Position numbers and translations under genes: made by a program
Notes under the pieces: generated by a model
The model's database searches: none
The model's input: the letters and a program-made list of their open reading frames with translations, nothing else
Told to the model about the DNA's origin: nothing
Shown: one piece after another, positions 19,601 through 32,647 of the stretch
How the letters are laid out: every line of letters starts with the position of its first letter
Position numbering within the stretch: position 1 is the first letter of the stretch
Assembly (NCBI GenBank): GCA_012862495.1
Contig: BLSG01000168.1
Location: 1 to 32,701 of the forward strand
Direction of reading: 5' to 3'
DNA: 32,701 bases
From: Thraustochytrium aureum
Lineage: Eukaryota

Positions 19601-22600
19601 ACGGGCTAACGGGCCCACAGCTCGAACGCACTGTCGAAGAGTACTTTCAAGAGTGTGTCAGCTACAACCGCAAGTACAAGGGCGACGAGGTTGTCGAGGT
19701 GCTGCTCCAGACGGTGCGCGAGACTCGCTCCAAGGTTTCCTTCATGGTCATGTTTGGCCACCCGAGTCTCATGCCGCGCCACTACCAGACCATGTACACC
19801 GACGTGTTTGGCGTGCGCTTTGTGGACGCCGCCGGGACCGTCCACGTGCCAAACACCAATGCTGACGAGGACCCTGCAGCAACAGCTGGCGCGCAGCGGA
19901 CGGGACAGCCGGCGACGCGGCTAGCGGCCCGACCAGCGCCGCTGCGGGCGAGGCAGCGCCGGCGGACCCGGCCAGCGAGGCGGCAAATGGGAGCCAAATC
20001 GTCGAGCCTGACCAGAGCAACGCTTTGGGAACCCCAGAAGAGCACGAAGAGGAGGAGCCAGAGCCGACGATTCCGACGGTGGAGGAGATGGCCAAATTCG
20101 GACTCTTCCTCGAGGCCAACACGGAGCCGCTTGAGGAGATCTGCGGCGCCGCTGCAAAGGAATACTCGCTCATGAAGGCGATGGACAAGATGGAGGAGGA
20201 CTGGGTTCCGCTAAAGTTTGGCGTCCTAGAGTACAAAGACACGGGGACCTCGATCTTCAGGTCCATGGAAGAGATCGAGCAGACCTTGGATGACCAGATT
20301 GTGCGAACGCAGGCCATGCGCAGCTCCCGCTACATCAAAACAATGGAAGCGCGCTGCCTCGCCTGGGAGAGCAGACTCAAGGAGCTCGAAGAGATTATCT
20401 CAAACCGGCTCGCCATGCAGGGCACATGGCTGTACCTCGAGCCCATCTTTTCAAGTCCGGACATTTGCAAGCAGATGCCGTCCGAAGCCAAAATGTTCAA
20501 AAAGGTGGACGCGCTATGGCGCGACTCGATGGAGAAGACGATCGAAAACCCCGACGTCATGGCGGTTTTCGAGCAGGTCGGCTTGCTCCCCAAGCTCAAG
20601 CGGGCCAACGTGATGCTCGACGAGATCCAGAAAGGCCTTGCAGACTACCTCAACGCGAAGCGCGTCTTCTTCCCGCGCTTCTTCTTCCTGTCCAACGATG
20701 AGCTGCTTGAGATTCTCAGTGAGACCAAAGACCCCAAGCGTGTGCAGCCACACTTGATCAAGTGCTTTGAGGGCATCGCCAGCCTCGAGTTCACCAACAC
20801 AATGGACATTCGCGCCATGATTTCCTCTGAAGGAGAGGTAGTACCGTTCGCTTACGATGACGTCAAAGAGAAGGTGATCAACCCGAACGAGGCGGGCGGG
20901 TGCGTCGAGATCTGGCTCGACCTGATCCAGACCATCATGCGCAAGACAGTGGCGCACGTCTTCGACCTCGCGATTGCGGATTACATGCAGCGCGAGCGTA
21001 CCGAGTGGCTCAAGCACTGGCCGGGGCAGGTCGTGCTCGGCGTCTCGCAGACGTACTGGACTCAGGAATGCACCGCGGCCATTGCCAAGGGGCCCGCAGC
21101 CACGGAGGTGTACGCTGGGGTTCTCACAGAGTACATCAACGACATCATCAAGATGGTGCGCGGCCAGATCCCAAAGCTGGTGCGCAAAACCGTGAGCCCC
21201 CTGGTCGTGCTCGACGTGCACGCTCGGGACGTGACCGCAGAACTGGCCCGCATCGGCACAAGCGACCCAAACGACTTTGACTGGCTTAGCCAGCTGCGTT
21301 ACTACTGGACCGAAGGCCGCTACAGCGCGATGTCGGGGGACCCAGGCTCCGTGACGTGCCGAATGATCAACGCCGAGCGCCTCTACGGCTACGAGTACCT
21401 CGGGAACTCAATGCGGCTCGTCATCACCCCGCTAACAGATAGGTGCTACCGCACCCTCATGGGTGCCGTTCACCTCGACTACGGTGGCGCTCCCGCCGGA
21501 CCTGCTGGGACCGGAAAGACAGAGACCACCAAGGACCTCGGCAAAGCCATCGCGATCCAGTGCGTTGTATACAACTGCAGCGACAGTCTCGACTACAAGG
21601 CGATGGGCAAGTTCTTCAAAGGCCTAGCCGGTACTGGGGCCTGGGCTTGCTTTGACGAATTCAACCGCATCAATCTCGAGGTGCTGTCTGTGGTGGCCCA
21701 GCAGATTCTCACGATCCAGCGCGCCAAGGTGGCCAAGGTGGAGACGTTTGACTTTGAAGGCGAGATCATCAAGCTGCGCGTCACCTGCAACACATTCATC
21801 ACCATGAACCCGGGCTACGCTGGCCGTCAAGAGCTCCCGGACAACCTCAAGGCCCTATTCCGAGACGTGGCAATGATGGTGCCCGACTATGCCATGATTG
21901 GGCAAATCATCCTGTACAGCATGGGCTACCTAGAGGGATTCAAACTCGCCAAGAAGATCGTCATGACCTACAAGCTCTGCTCGGAACAGCTGTCCAACCA
22001 GTCCCACTACGACTATGGCATGCGCGCCGTGATGGCAGTGCTTCGCGCGGCAGGCAACCTCAAGCAGCAGCAGCCCGAAGAGGACGAAAACATTCTCTGC
22101 CTGCGCTCGATCATCGACGTCAACCTCCCAAAGTTTCTCGCGCCTGACGTGCCACTCTTCAACGGCATTGTGTCGGACCTGTTTCCGGGGGTCAAGCTCC
22201 CGGACACCGACTACTCGGTGATGGACAAAACCATCCNNNNNNNNNNNNNNNNNNNNNNNNNNNNNNNNNNNNNNNNNNNNNNNNNNNNNNNNNNNNNNNN
22301 NNNNNNNNNNNNNNNNNNNNNNNNNNNNNNNNNNNNNNNNNNNNNNNNNNNNNNNNNNNNNNNNNNNNNNNNNNNNNNNNNNNNNNNNNNNNNNNNNNNN
22401 NNNNNNNNNNNNNNNNNNNNNNNNNNNNNNNNNNNNNNNNNNNNNNNNNNNNNNNNNNNNNNNNNNNNNNNNNNNNNNNNNNNNNNNNNNNNNNNNNNNN
22501 NNNNNNNNNNNNNNNNNNNNNNNNNNNNNNNNNNNNNNNNNNNNNNNNNNNNNNNNNNNNNNNNNNNNNNNNNNNNNNNNNNNNNNNNNNNNNNNNNNNN

Positions 22601-25600
22601 NNNNNNNNNNNNNNNNNNNNNNNNNNNNNNNNNNNNNNNNNNNNNNNNNNNNNNNNNNNNNNNNNNNNNNNNNNNNNNNNNNNNNNNNNNNNNNNNNNNN
22701 NNNNNNNNNNNNNNNNNNNNNNNNNNNNNNNNNNNNNNNNNNNNNNNNNNNNNNNNNNNNNNNNNNNNNNNNNNNNNNNNNNNNNNNNNNNNNNNNNNNN
22801 NNNNNNNNNNNNNNNNNNNNNNNNNNNNNNNNNNNNNNNNNNNNNNNNNNNNNNNNNNNNNNNNNNNNNNNNNNNNNNNNNNNNNNNNNNNNNNNNNNNN
22901 NNNNNNNNNNNNNNNNNNNNNNNNNNNNNNNNNNNNNNNNNNNNNNNNNNNNNNNNNNNNNNNNNNNNNNNNNNNNNNNNNNNNNNNNNNNNNNNNNNNN
23001 NNNNNNNNNNNNNNNNNNNNNNNNNNNNNNNNNNNNNNNNNNNNNNNNNNNNNNNNNNNCATCGACCGGACCATGCTCGAAAACACGTTTCTCTTCTGTC
23101 TGGTGTGGTCGATCGGTGCTGTCGTTGACGACGAGGGCCAACGCCTCCTAAATGAGTTCCTCCGCAGCTTTATGGCAGACTGGCGCGTTGTCGAGACCAA
23201 GGAGATGAAGGCGGTCAACACGATGCTGCAACTGCGCAGCTGGAAGTGCCCCGCATTTGGAGCGGGCGGCGCGGCGCACGCGTACCCCTTTGAAACTCCC
23301 ATCCCGTCAGCCGGGTCTGTTTTTGATTACTGCTTCATTGGCGGAGGCGGCAAGACGATCGGGTCCAAAGAGATTCACAAGGCGGAGAAGACCTGGATGG
23401 ACTGGACCGAGACATACGCTCTGCCAAAGCTCGAGGCCGGGGCCGAGTTTAGCTCACTGGTTATCCCCACGCGCATTACTGCACAGATGGAGCGCATTCT
23501 CGTGCTTCTTCTCACGAACGACTTTCCTGCGCTCGTTGTGGGCCCGACAGGGGACAGGCAAGTCGATGTACGTGAGCAAGGTGCTCAGCGAGATGCTCGA
23601 CCAGGACGTGTACAAGACCGTCGACGTCGCGTTTACGGCCAAGTCAAGCGCGAATCAGACGCAAATGATTGTCGACGCCAAACTTGACAAGCGCCGCCGC
23701 GGGATCTTTGGGCCCCCGCTGGGCTGCAAATGCATGATCTTTGTTGACGACTTCAACATGCCCGAAGTGGAGGAATACGGGGCCCAGCCTCCCATCGAGA
23801 TCCTGCGTCAACTTGTCGACAACGGGGGCTGGTACGACCTCGCCGAGAAGGACTTTCACCAGATCGTGGATTCTCAGCTTGTGGCCGCGATGTGCCCACC
23901 AGGCGGCAGCCGAAACCACATTACCCCGCGGATGCTGCGCCACTTTGGGATCCTTTGCGTGTCCAGCTTTGACGGGGACACGATGAAAGGCATATTTAAC
24001 ACGATTCTCTCCTGGCACATGGAGTCGCAGGGGATGCCAGAGGAAGTCGCTTCTTTATCGAACCGCCTCGTCGACGCCACCTTGGAGATCTACACGCGCG
24101 CAATCAGCAACTTGCTCCCCACGCCGCTCAAGTCGCACTACACGTTCAACCTTCGAGACTTCTCGCGTATCGTGCAAGGCGTCATGCTCGTCGAGGCGTC
24201 TCCTGGCTTTGGCGCAGATTCGTGCAAGCGACTTTGGGTGCACGAGACCGCACGAGTTATGATGGACCGCTTGATCGACGTCGATGACCAGAGGTGGATC
24301 ACCGGGGCCATGGACGAGGTTCTGCGCGAGACGCTTGATGCACCGGCCGGACTTGCCGGGCTTGTAAGCCACCTCGCGGATGCGCCCGATGCAGGCGACG
24401 CAAGCGCAGGGGAGGCAATCGACGCGCTCGATGCGATGCGCAACCTGTTCTTTGGGAACTTTGCCAACCCCGACAACCCGAAGAGGCCCTACGAGGAGAT
24501 CACAGACATCCCCGCTCTTGTGCCGCTAACCCAAGACTACCTTGAGATGTACAACTCGGAAAGCAAGACTCCGATGGGCCTCGTGATGTTCCAGTTTGCG
24601 ATCGAGCACATCTCGCGGATCTCGCGCGTGCTTACGATGCCGCGCGGCAACTTGCTGCTCGTCGGCGTGGGCGGAAGCGGGCGGCAGTCGCTAACGCGGC
24701 TGGCGTCGTTTGCGGCAGACTATTCGCTCATGCANNNNNNNNNNNNNNNNNNNNNNNNNNNNNNNNNNNNNNNNNNNNNNNNNNNNNNNNNNNNNNNNNN
24801 NNNNNNNNNNNNNNNNNNNNNNNNNNNNNNNNNNNNNNNNNNNNNNNNNNNNNNNNNNNNNNNNNNNNNNNNNNNNNNNNNNNNNNNNNNNNNNNNNNNN
24901 NNNNNNNNNNNNNNNNNNNNGTCGAGCTCTCCAAAAACTATACGGAGGCCGAGTGGCGCGAGGACCTGCAAGAGGTGCTCAAGGGAGCCGGGACGGGCCC
25001 CAAGCCGATGGTGTTCCTCTTCGCAGACACGCAGATCAAGTACGAGAGCTTCATCGAGGACATCAACTGTATGCTCAACACGGGCGAGGTGCCCAACCTG
25101 TTCCCCTTGGACGTTAGGATGGAGATTCTCGATCGAATGCAAAAGATCGCCAAGGAGCAAGGCGTTCGGGACGCCAGCCTCCCCGAGCTGTGGCGGATGT
25201 TTATCGACCGCGTGCGCTCGCGGCTGCACGTTGCTCTTGCGTTCAGCCCCATTGGCAGCGCGTTTCGCGACAGGCTACGCAAGTTTCCTTCCCTCGTGAA
25301 CTGCTGCACGATCGACTGGTTTTTCGCGTGGCCGGAGGACGCGCTGGTCGCGGTAGCGCGAACTTTCTTGGCTGACGTCGAGCTGGACAGCAAGGTCCGC
25401 GAAGACATTGTGGCGACTTGCCAGTTCATGCACACATCGGTGTCCGACTTGAGCGACCGCATGCGCGTCGAGCTGCGGCGCATCAACTACGTGACGCCCA
25501 CGTCGTACCTCGAGCTGATTCGGAGCTTCAAGGGGTCTCTTGCCAAGTGCCGTGATGAGGTCCACCAAGCGCGCCGGCGGTACGAGATTGGGCTCGAGAA

Positions 25601-28600
25601 GCTCGCCTTTGCGGCAGAGCAGGTCGGCACCATGCAAGCGGAGCTGACGGATTTGATCCCAGTCCTTGAGACAAGCAAGAAGGAGACCAACGAGCTCATG
25701 GCCGTGATCGAGGAGCGCCTCCCCGGGGTGGAGGCTATGAAGAAGACCGTGAGCGAGGAGGCCGCGGTGGTCCAGGTCCAGGCCGACGAGTGCGCGAAAA
25801 TGAAAGGCGAGTGCGAGAACGACCTTGCGGAGGCGATCCCTCTGCTTGAAGACGCCATGCGCGCCCTTGACACGCTCAAAGCGTCGGATATCGGCGAGGT
25901 CAAGGCGATGAAGACGCCGCCTTCCGGTGTGGTCTTGGTCATGTCCGCGGTGTGTCAGATGATGGGGGTGAAGTCGGACCGCATCAAAGACCCGAACGAC
26001 CCAACCAAGAAGGTGGAGGACTACTGGGGCCCCGCGAAGAAGTTTCTTTTGGGGGACCCCAAGTTCCTTCAGCGGCTCAAGGACTACGACAAAGACAACA
26101 TCTCTGAGAAGGTGATTGCGATCCTGGAGGCCAAGTACATTGGCAACGAAGACTTTGAGCCGTCCAAGATCAAGCAAGCCTCTCTCGCCGCTTTCGGGCT
26201 GTGCAAGTGGGTCCGCGCGATGCACGCTTACGACAAGGTGGCCAAGGTCGTCGCCCCGAAGAAGGCAAAGCTGGCTGAAACGGAGTCCACTCTTGCCACG
26301 ACCATGGAAACGCTCAACAAGAAAAAGTCCGAGCTGCAAAAGGTCGTCGACGACCTTGGCGCGCTGCAAAACAACCTGGAGGGAGCCAAGCAAAAGAAGG
26401 CGAAGCTCGAGTTCGACGTCGACCTATGCGAGAAGAAGCTGGTGCGCGCCAAGCAGCTGATCGACGGCCTTGGCGGGGAGAAGACGCGATGGACAGAGAA
26501 CGTCGAGACGCTCAAGCTCGAGTACGTGGACCTCACTGGGAACGTGCTCATCTCGGCGGGCGTGATCGCCTACTTGGGGGCCTTTACTGCCGAGTACCGC
26601 GACGAGGTGTGCAGCAAGTGGACCCACCTCTGCAAGTCCAAGCGCATCCCTAGCAAGAGCAACCCGACGCTCTCGGAGACGCTGGGCGATCCCGTCAAGG
26701 TGCGGCACTGGAACGTGAACGGGCTCCCCACGGATAGCTTCTCTGTGGACAACGCAATTGTGCTTTTCAACTCGCGGCGGTGGCCGCTCATGATCGACCC
26801 CCAGGGGCAAGCGAACAGGTGGATCCGCAACCTCGAGGCCGCGAACGATCTCAAGGTGATCAAGCTCTCTGATCCGACGTACATGCGCACCTTGGAGAAC
26901 GCCGTGCAGTTCGGCAACCCGGTTCTCCTGGAAAACGTTGGCGAGGAGATCGATCCGAGTCTGGAGCCGGTGCTGCAAAAGGCGACGTTCAAGCAGGGCG
27001 GCGTACTTTGCATCCGAATCGGCGACAGTGTGGTCGAGTACTCGGACTCTTTCCGTTTCTATGTGACTACCAAGCTACGCAACCCGCACTACCTGCCCGA
27101 GGTCAGCGTCAAGGTGACGCTGCTCAACTTTATGATCACGCCCCAAGGGCTGCAGGACCAGATGCTTGCCAAGGTGGTCAAGGCGGAGAAGCCCGAGCTG
27201 GCCGCTGAAAAGGAGCGGCTCATCGTCGAGGGCGCCAACAATGCCGCAAAGCTCAAGGAGTGCGAGGACAAGATCCTGCACATCCTCTCGAGTAGCTCTG
27301 GCAACATTTTGGAGGACGAGTCGGCCATCGACACGCTAAAGTCGAGCAAGACGATCTCCGATGACATCAAGGAGAAGCAGGCCGTGGCGGTGGTTACTGA
27401 GAAGAAGATCGACGAAGTGCGGGCCGGGTACGTCCCGGTCGCCTTCCACGCGCAGGTGCTGTACTTTTGCATCGCCGATCTGGCCAACATCGAGCCGACC
27501 TACCAGTACGCGCTCGACTGGTTCGGCAACTTGTTCCTGCGTGCGATCGACGACAGCGAGCAGAGCGACGACCTGGGGAAGCGGCTGGAGATCCTGTCCG
27601 ACTTTTTCACCTACGCGCTGTACCAGAACGTGTGCCGCAGCCTGCTCGAAAAGGACAAGCTCTTGTTTTCGTTTCTGCTGTGCGTGCGGCTCCTAGGAAG
27701 TCGGAACGAGATTGACGCGCAAGAGTGGATGTTTCTCCTGACCGGAGGTGTCGCCACCGACAATGTGTACCCCAACCCTTGCCCCGAGTGGCTCTCGGAC
27801 CGCGGCTGGGGCGAATTGGTGCGCCTGTCGGATCTAGCTGCGTTTGTGGGGCTTCGTGAGGCCTTCGAGGCCGACCTGGACGGCTTTCGGCGCATCTACG
27901 ACGCGTCCGAGGCGCACAAGGTCCCCTTCCCAGCCCCGTGGGAGGAAAACCTCAACAGCTTTCAGCGCATGTTGCTGCTCCGCTGCCTGCGCCCCGACAA
28001 GATCAGCCTGAGCATCCAAGACTTTGTCATCGACAAAATGGGCGAACGGTTTGTGAGCCCGCCCACCTTCAACCTCAAGGCGTGCTTTGACGACGCAAAC
28101 TACATCACGCCACTCGTTTTTGTGCTGAGCGCCGGGTCGGATCCGATGGCGCAGCTGATCAAGCTGTCGGAGGAGGTGCGGGCGCGTATCGACTCGATCT
28201 CGCTTGGCCAGGGCCAAGGGCCAAAGGCGGAGGCCATGATTGAGCGCGCCCAGAAAGCGGAGAATGAGAGGGTCTGGGTGGTGGTTCAGAACTGTCACCT
28301 GGCCGTGAGTTGGATGCCCTCGCTGGAGCGCATCGTGGAGCTCACGGACCCGACAACGTGCAACCGCCAGTACCGGCTATGGTGCACTACGTACCCGACG
28401 CCCGACTTTCCGGTCTCCATCCTGCAAAACAGCGTCAAAATGACCCTGGAGCCGCCGCGAGGGCTGCGCGCCAACATTCTCTCGTCGTACAAGAGTGACC
28501 CGATCTGCGACCCGTCGTTTTTCTCCTCGGTGTCGAAGAACGGGGGGCAGGAATGGCGCCGGCTTTTGTTTGGGCTCTGCTTCTTCCACGCCCTCGTGCA

Positions 28601-30023
28601 AGAGCGGCGCAACTTTGGGACCCTGGGCTGGAACATTCCGTACGAGTTTAGCGCGAACGACATGATCATCTCGGTCAAGCAGCTCGCCATGTTTCTTGAC
28701 CTGTACGAGGACTCGTTCAAGGCGCTCGTGTACTGCACCGGGGAGGCCAACTATGGCGGTCGCGTCACGGACGACAAAGATCGCAGGCTCCTGCTGACGA
28801 TTTTGTCCAAGTTTTACAACGAGGGCGTCTTGGAGGAGGGCTTCGAGATCGCAGAAGGGTACCCGTTCCCGCCAGATGGGTCGTACGGGGACTATCTCAA
28901 GTTTATCGAGCAGATCCCGCTCGTGGACAGCCCAAAAGTGTTTGGGCTGCACGACAACGGCAACATTACGAAAGGCCAGAAGGAGACGCAGAGCTTGTTT
29001 CAGTCTATTCTGCTCACCCAAAAGGCGGCCGCCGGCCCGGCCACCGATAAGAATGATGATGAAGAGGACGCGGAGGGCGGGGCCGACGCCGAAGAGGCCA
29101 AGGAGTCTGAGGCGGCCGAAGAGGCGGAGGTCGCCGGGCCCCAATCCGAAGAAGACGTAATCTTTGAGGTGGCGTCTGGCGTCCTGGCAAAGCTCGAGGA
29201 GCGCTTTTTCGACCTCGCGCTCGCAGAGCTCAAGTACCCGGTCCGTTGGGATGAGTCGATGAACACCGTTCTGACGCAGGAGTGCAGCAAGTTCAACGGC
29301 CTCAACAAGGTGATCGTAGACTCGCTTCGCGAGCTGAAGAAGGCGGTCCGGGGTTTTGTGGTGATGTCCGAGGAGCTCGAAAAGGTCGGGCGCTCGCTTT
29401 TCTTGGGCACGGTGCCGGCGAAGTGGCTCGGCGCGTCATACCCGAGCCTCAAGCCGCTTGCCTCGTACGTGGCGGACTTGTGCCGCCGCCTCGACTTTCT
29501 GCAGGCCTGGCTGGACGGCGGTATGCCACCAGCGTACTGGATCAGCGGTTTCTTTTTCACCCAGGCGTTCCTGACGGGGACCCTGCAAAATTATGCGCGC
29601 AAGTACGCCGTCCCCATCGACGAGGTCGTGTTTGACTTCAAAATGCTGCCTCTGCGCGAGGACTCGTACACGACTTCGCCAGAGGACGGAGCGTACGTGT
29701 ACGGCCTATTTGTGGAGGGCGCGCGGTGGGACAAGGAAGTCAACACCCTGGCAGACTCGCTGCCCAAGATTCTGCTCTCGGAGGCGCCGGTGATCCACTT
29801 GCAGCCGAAGCGCAAGACGGAGATTGTGCCGATTCACTCGTACCAGTGCCCGGTGTACCGCACCTCGGAGCGTCGCGGTATCCTGAGCACGACGGGGATG
29901 AGTACGATGTTTATCTTTTACCTGGACGTCCCGATCCCAGAGCCAAGCGACAGCGACCCGCGCTCCAAGCAGGACTACTGGATCATCGCCGGGGTGGCAA
30001 TGCTGGCCGCCACGGACGACTAG
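16669..30023 (+). CDS. Axonemal dynein heavy chain, single-headed inner-arm type, roughly 4400 aa; broken by indels (about 18888, 18955, 19890, 23550) and two gaps
   Basis: [32 protein letters not shown]1 GPAGTGKT (21498), CFDEFNRI, P3 GPTGTGKS (after removing one G at 23550-23553), [12 protein letters not shown]4 GVGGSGRQ, stalk/[47 protein letters not shown] and CPVYRT. AAA2 falls in gap 22237-23059. Confidence 0.97.
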
Positions 30024-30295
30024 AGGAGGGAGGGGGCTTGCCGGGCTGCCGAGTAGGGAAAGATCGAAATACAACTTCCATTTAGTTCGCAGCAGAGGCT
30101 TGGCTAGGTTTGCTTCGACTTTCTTGTTCAAGACCGCCAACAGGCCCCGACGAATCAAAGTCTGCTTCGGAAGCAGGCGGCGCAGAACGCGGCGACACCC
30201 TCGGACTCTTCTTCGGCAGCGAGCAACCACCGGGTGACGCCGAACCGACACCCGGAAGGCACGAGCGAAGAGCGTCACGAAGCACCTTGGCAAGG

Positions 30296-31658
30296 TCACT
30301 TTGGAGCCCTCGGCGTGGCAAAGAGGATGTGCTTGGCGACCTGCGAGAGCTGCCCCTGGAGCTGCTCGACGCTCAGCTCGCAGCTCGTTCTTGTGCCCTT
30401 GTCCAGAGGGGTCATTGCGGATTTGGCATCGATCCGCAGACCTTGGCCCGTGCCCGAGTATGCCGCGACACGGCCTCCGTGCTTGAGGGCAACAGAGCTC
30501 TCGCGGAGGCGGTCGGTGAGGCCGTTGACGCGCTCGGCAAACCTATCACGGTTTTCCTTTTCCAGGACCGGGGTCGAGGAGATCGCGCTCATCCACAGAT
30601 AGTTTTTCGAAATGAGCCCCAGCATGTTGCTGCTCAGCGAACTCATAAAGTAGCGGACCTCCATGGCGTGGTACCGGTTCCAGCAGGAGCCCCAACGCTC
30701 AACGCGGTTCTTGTCTTCCATTTCGATTGTTCCGTCCGGGGTCTCGTTGGCAGGGGCGGTAAACTCGGGCGGATAGGCGCGGAATGCCCCCATTTCGGGT
30801 TTGCCTTTCGCGAGGGATCGGAGCGGGTCGATAACGATCGCCAGCCATGGGTTTCCGTTTCGGTCTTCCGCTCGCTGCCATCCAAGCTGGGTGGCAATGT
30901 CCGTCGACGACATGAAGCAGTGAGTGTGCACGTCGACGTCAAAGGGATGGCTGTGGTACCAGCCCATGAAGCGGTCGGTGCGTGTCTCTTCAAGAGACTC
31001 CCCAAGGTCGATCATGAAATTCATCACTTCTTGGTCATCGGCCAAGACGCGCGTCTCGGCTCCTTCGACTGGGAGCGGGAACGCGTCTGTCACGACCAGA
31101 GTGTCTGGCATGTCAGGGCATAGGTGCCCGAGCATGAGCCCCATCACCTCGACGGGTTTGCCTCCGCCATTCATGCCTTTCTCGACTCCCGACACAGCGT
31201 GGGACATCTGTTGGTGATGGTCGGCCGGGTCAGCGTTCGCGCCCAGTGTTCATCCGCGTTGGCCCATCGCATGGTCGTCTCAATCGACGGCCCGCTCGTA
31301 CGCGAAATGCAAGATGTGACTTACCATTTTCATTGCCGCGCCTGCCGAGAGATGGACGGATTTGAAAAACTTGGGGCTGTAGCAAACAAAAGCGTCAGCC
31401 GGGATTACGCGCGTCTGGGCGAATTGGTAATCACCAAATAATTACCCACCGAGGACGCACCAATCAACAACCGCCAGCAAGCGCCTCCAGCATGCGGGCC
31501 AGACTCTTCTTGCACAATTCTGGCAGCAAACGAACTCACTCGTTCATCCACGGCTTGTCATCTCGAAGCTGATTGAGCCTGGTCTCGTCGCACTGCAGTA
31601 GGACGTCCGCCAAGGGCCTCTCCCCCGACGGAACTGCGCCAGGGGCGGTCGTCGCCAT
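30296..31658 (-). CDS. CSN5: COP9 signalosome subunit 5 (JAMM/MPN+ deneddylase); 3 exons 31658-31540, 31376-31325, 31207-30296; 360 aa
   Basis: Spliced product reads MATTAP..DDKPWMND/PKFFKSVHLSAGAAMKM/MSHAVSG..EVMGLMLG..DAFPLPVEGAETRV..GWYHSHP..S..D..AIVIDPLRS..GAFRAYP, matching the CSN5 KPW..DP.YF...ISA.A..KM pattern. Exon phases are consistent. Confidence 0.93.
31208..31324 (-). other. Spliceosomal intron 2 of CSN5 (117 nt, phase 0)
   Basis: Donor GTAAGT at 31324, branch-like GCTGAC, acceptor CAACAG ending at 31208. Confidence 0.9.
31377..31539 (-). other. Spliceosomal intron 1 of CSN5 (163 nt, phase 2)
   Basis: Donor GTGAGT at 31539, then GCTGAC, pyrimidine tract and CTACAG ending at 31377. 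Joining gives GA|C = Asp of the conserved PW..DP. Confidence 0.9.
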
Positions 31659-32647
31659 CGCTTAATGAACCACGCAAGCCAGTCCCCACCCGCAAGGACG
31701 ACGATTGCTCCGAGCGCGGATACGCACGCAGCCTTCACCAGTGGACCCCGCAAGGCAACGCAACGCCCCTTCCCCTTCCGCTGCTCGAGGAAACGACCAG
31801 CGTTTCTCCAGTCGACAGCGGAGTAGCAGGAATCGCTTGAATCCCTCCCTTCCTTCGCTCCACAGAGCGCCCGGCGAGCGGTCGACCGGAGCGAGCTCGC
31901 TACTCGACCGGTCGGATCAGGCAGGGCCTCGATCGCTGACGGCCAGCGCCAGCCACCTGAGCTGTTGCACGACGACGCTTGTGAACAGAGCCTGCCTGCC
32001 GTCGAGCCAAGAAAATCTTCCACTGTCGGTCGCCCCCTCTCTGTCCGCTTTTAGAACATTCCGCTGTTCGGACCTTCGTTCGTCGTTCTCAGCGTTGGAA
32101 GCCAGCAGAAATGTGCCATCAGACAACATCAATTCAGAACCGATGTCTTTGCTTGCTCGCCGACGGTGGAGCGTGGGATCCGCGTGATAGTCGAGTCGAG
32201 TAGTATCCCTGTCCCACGAAGGACTTTTGTGAATTATTGGCCTGGTTCGCAAAGACGTTTTGATTTATTGGTCGGCTCAGGAACGAAAAAACGCAATTCT
32301 TGGTGCTGTGGGCACTTCGGCTCTGTCCGGCAGTGGAGCTTGCATCATGCTCCTCTAAGCTGGAGCAAGCAAGCCATGCAGCTTGGTGAGCTTCATCATG
32401 CGGGTTTGGAACGCCCTGCGAGAGTTCCGGCAGGTTTGCAGCTTCCGATTCGGTCGCGCCGTGGCTGAAAGACAAGAGGATCTGATCAGATGATCTGATC
32501 TGCAACTGCACAACACAAACATGCAATGCGACGCACGCACTCCAGCAACTTGAAGGTCCTTTCTTTCGTGTCACAGAATCCCCATGCAAGCCGCTGGTGG
32601 TTGCGGCTTACCCGGTAGGTAGCTCGACAGTGGAGGTGCCTTCGGAC

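Noticed and set aside
12999..30023. Calling AMACR and dynein pseudogenes
   Set aside because: Catalytic motifs are intact and the lesions are isolated 1-nt indels, mostly in short runs, spread across unrelated genes. This fits consensus error.
17944..31123. Long antisense ORFs over dynein and CSN5 (17944..19395, 25275..26393, 30110..31123)
   Set aside because: Shadow frames caused by high GC at third codon positions.
31700..32600. Short ORFs upstream of CSN5 (31544..32023, 31917..32252, 32134..32589)
   Set aside because: No motifs, mutually overlapping and mostly non-ATG starts; cannot be supported.
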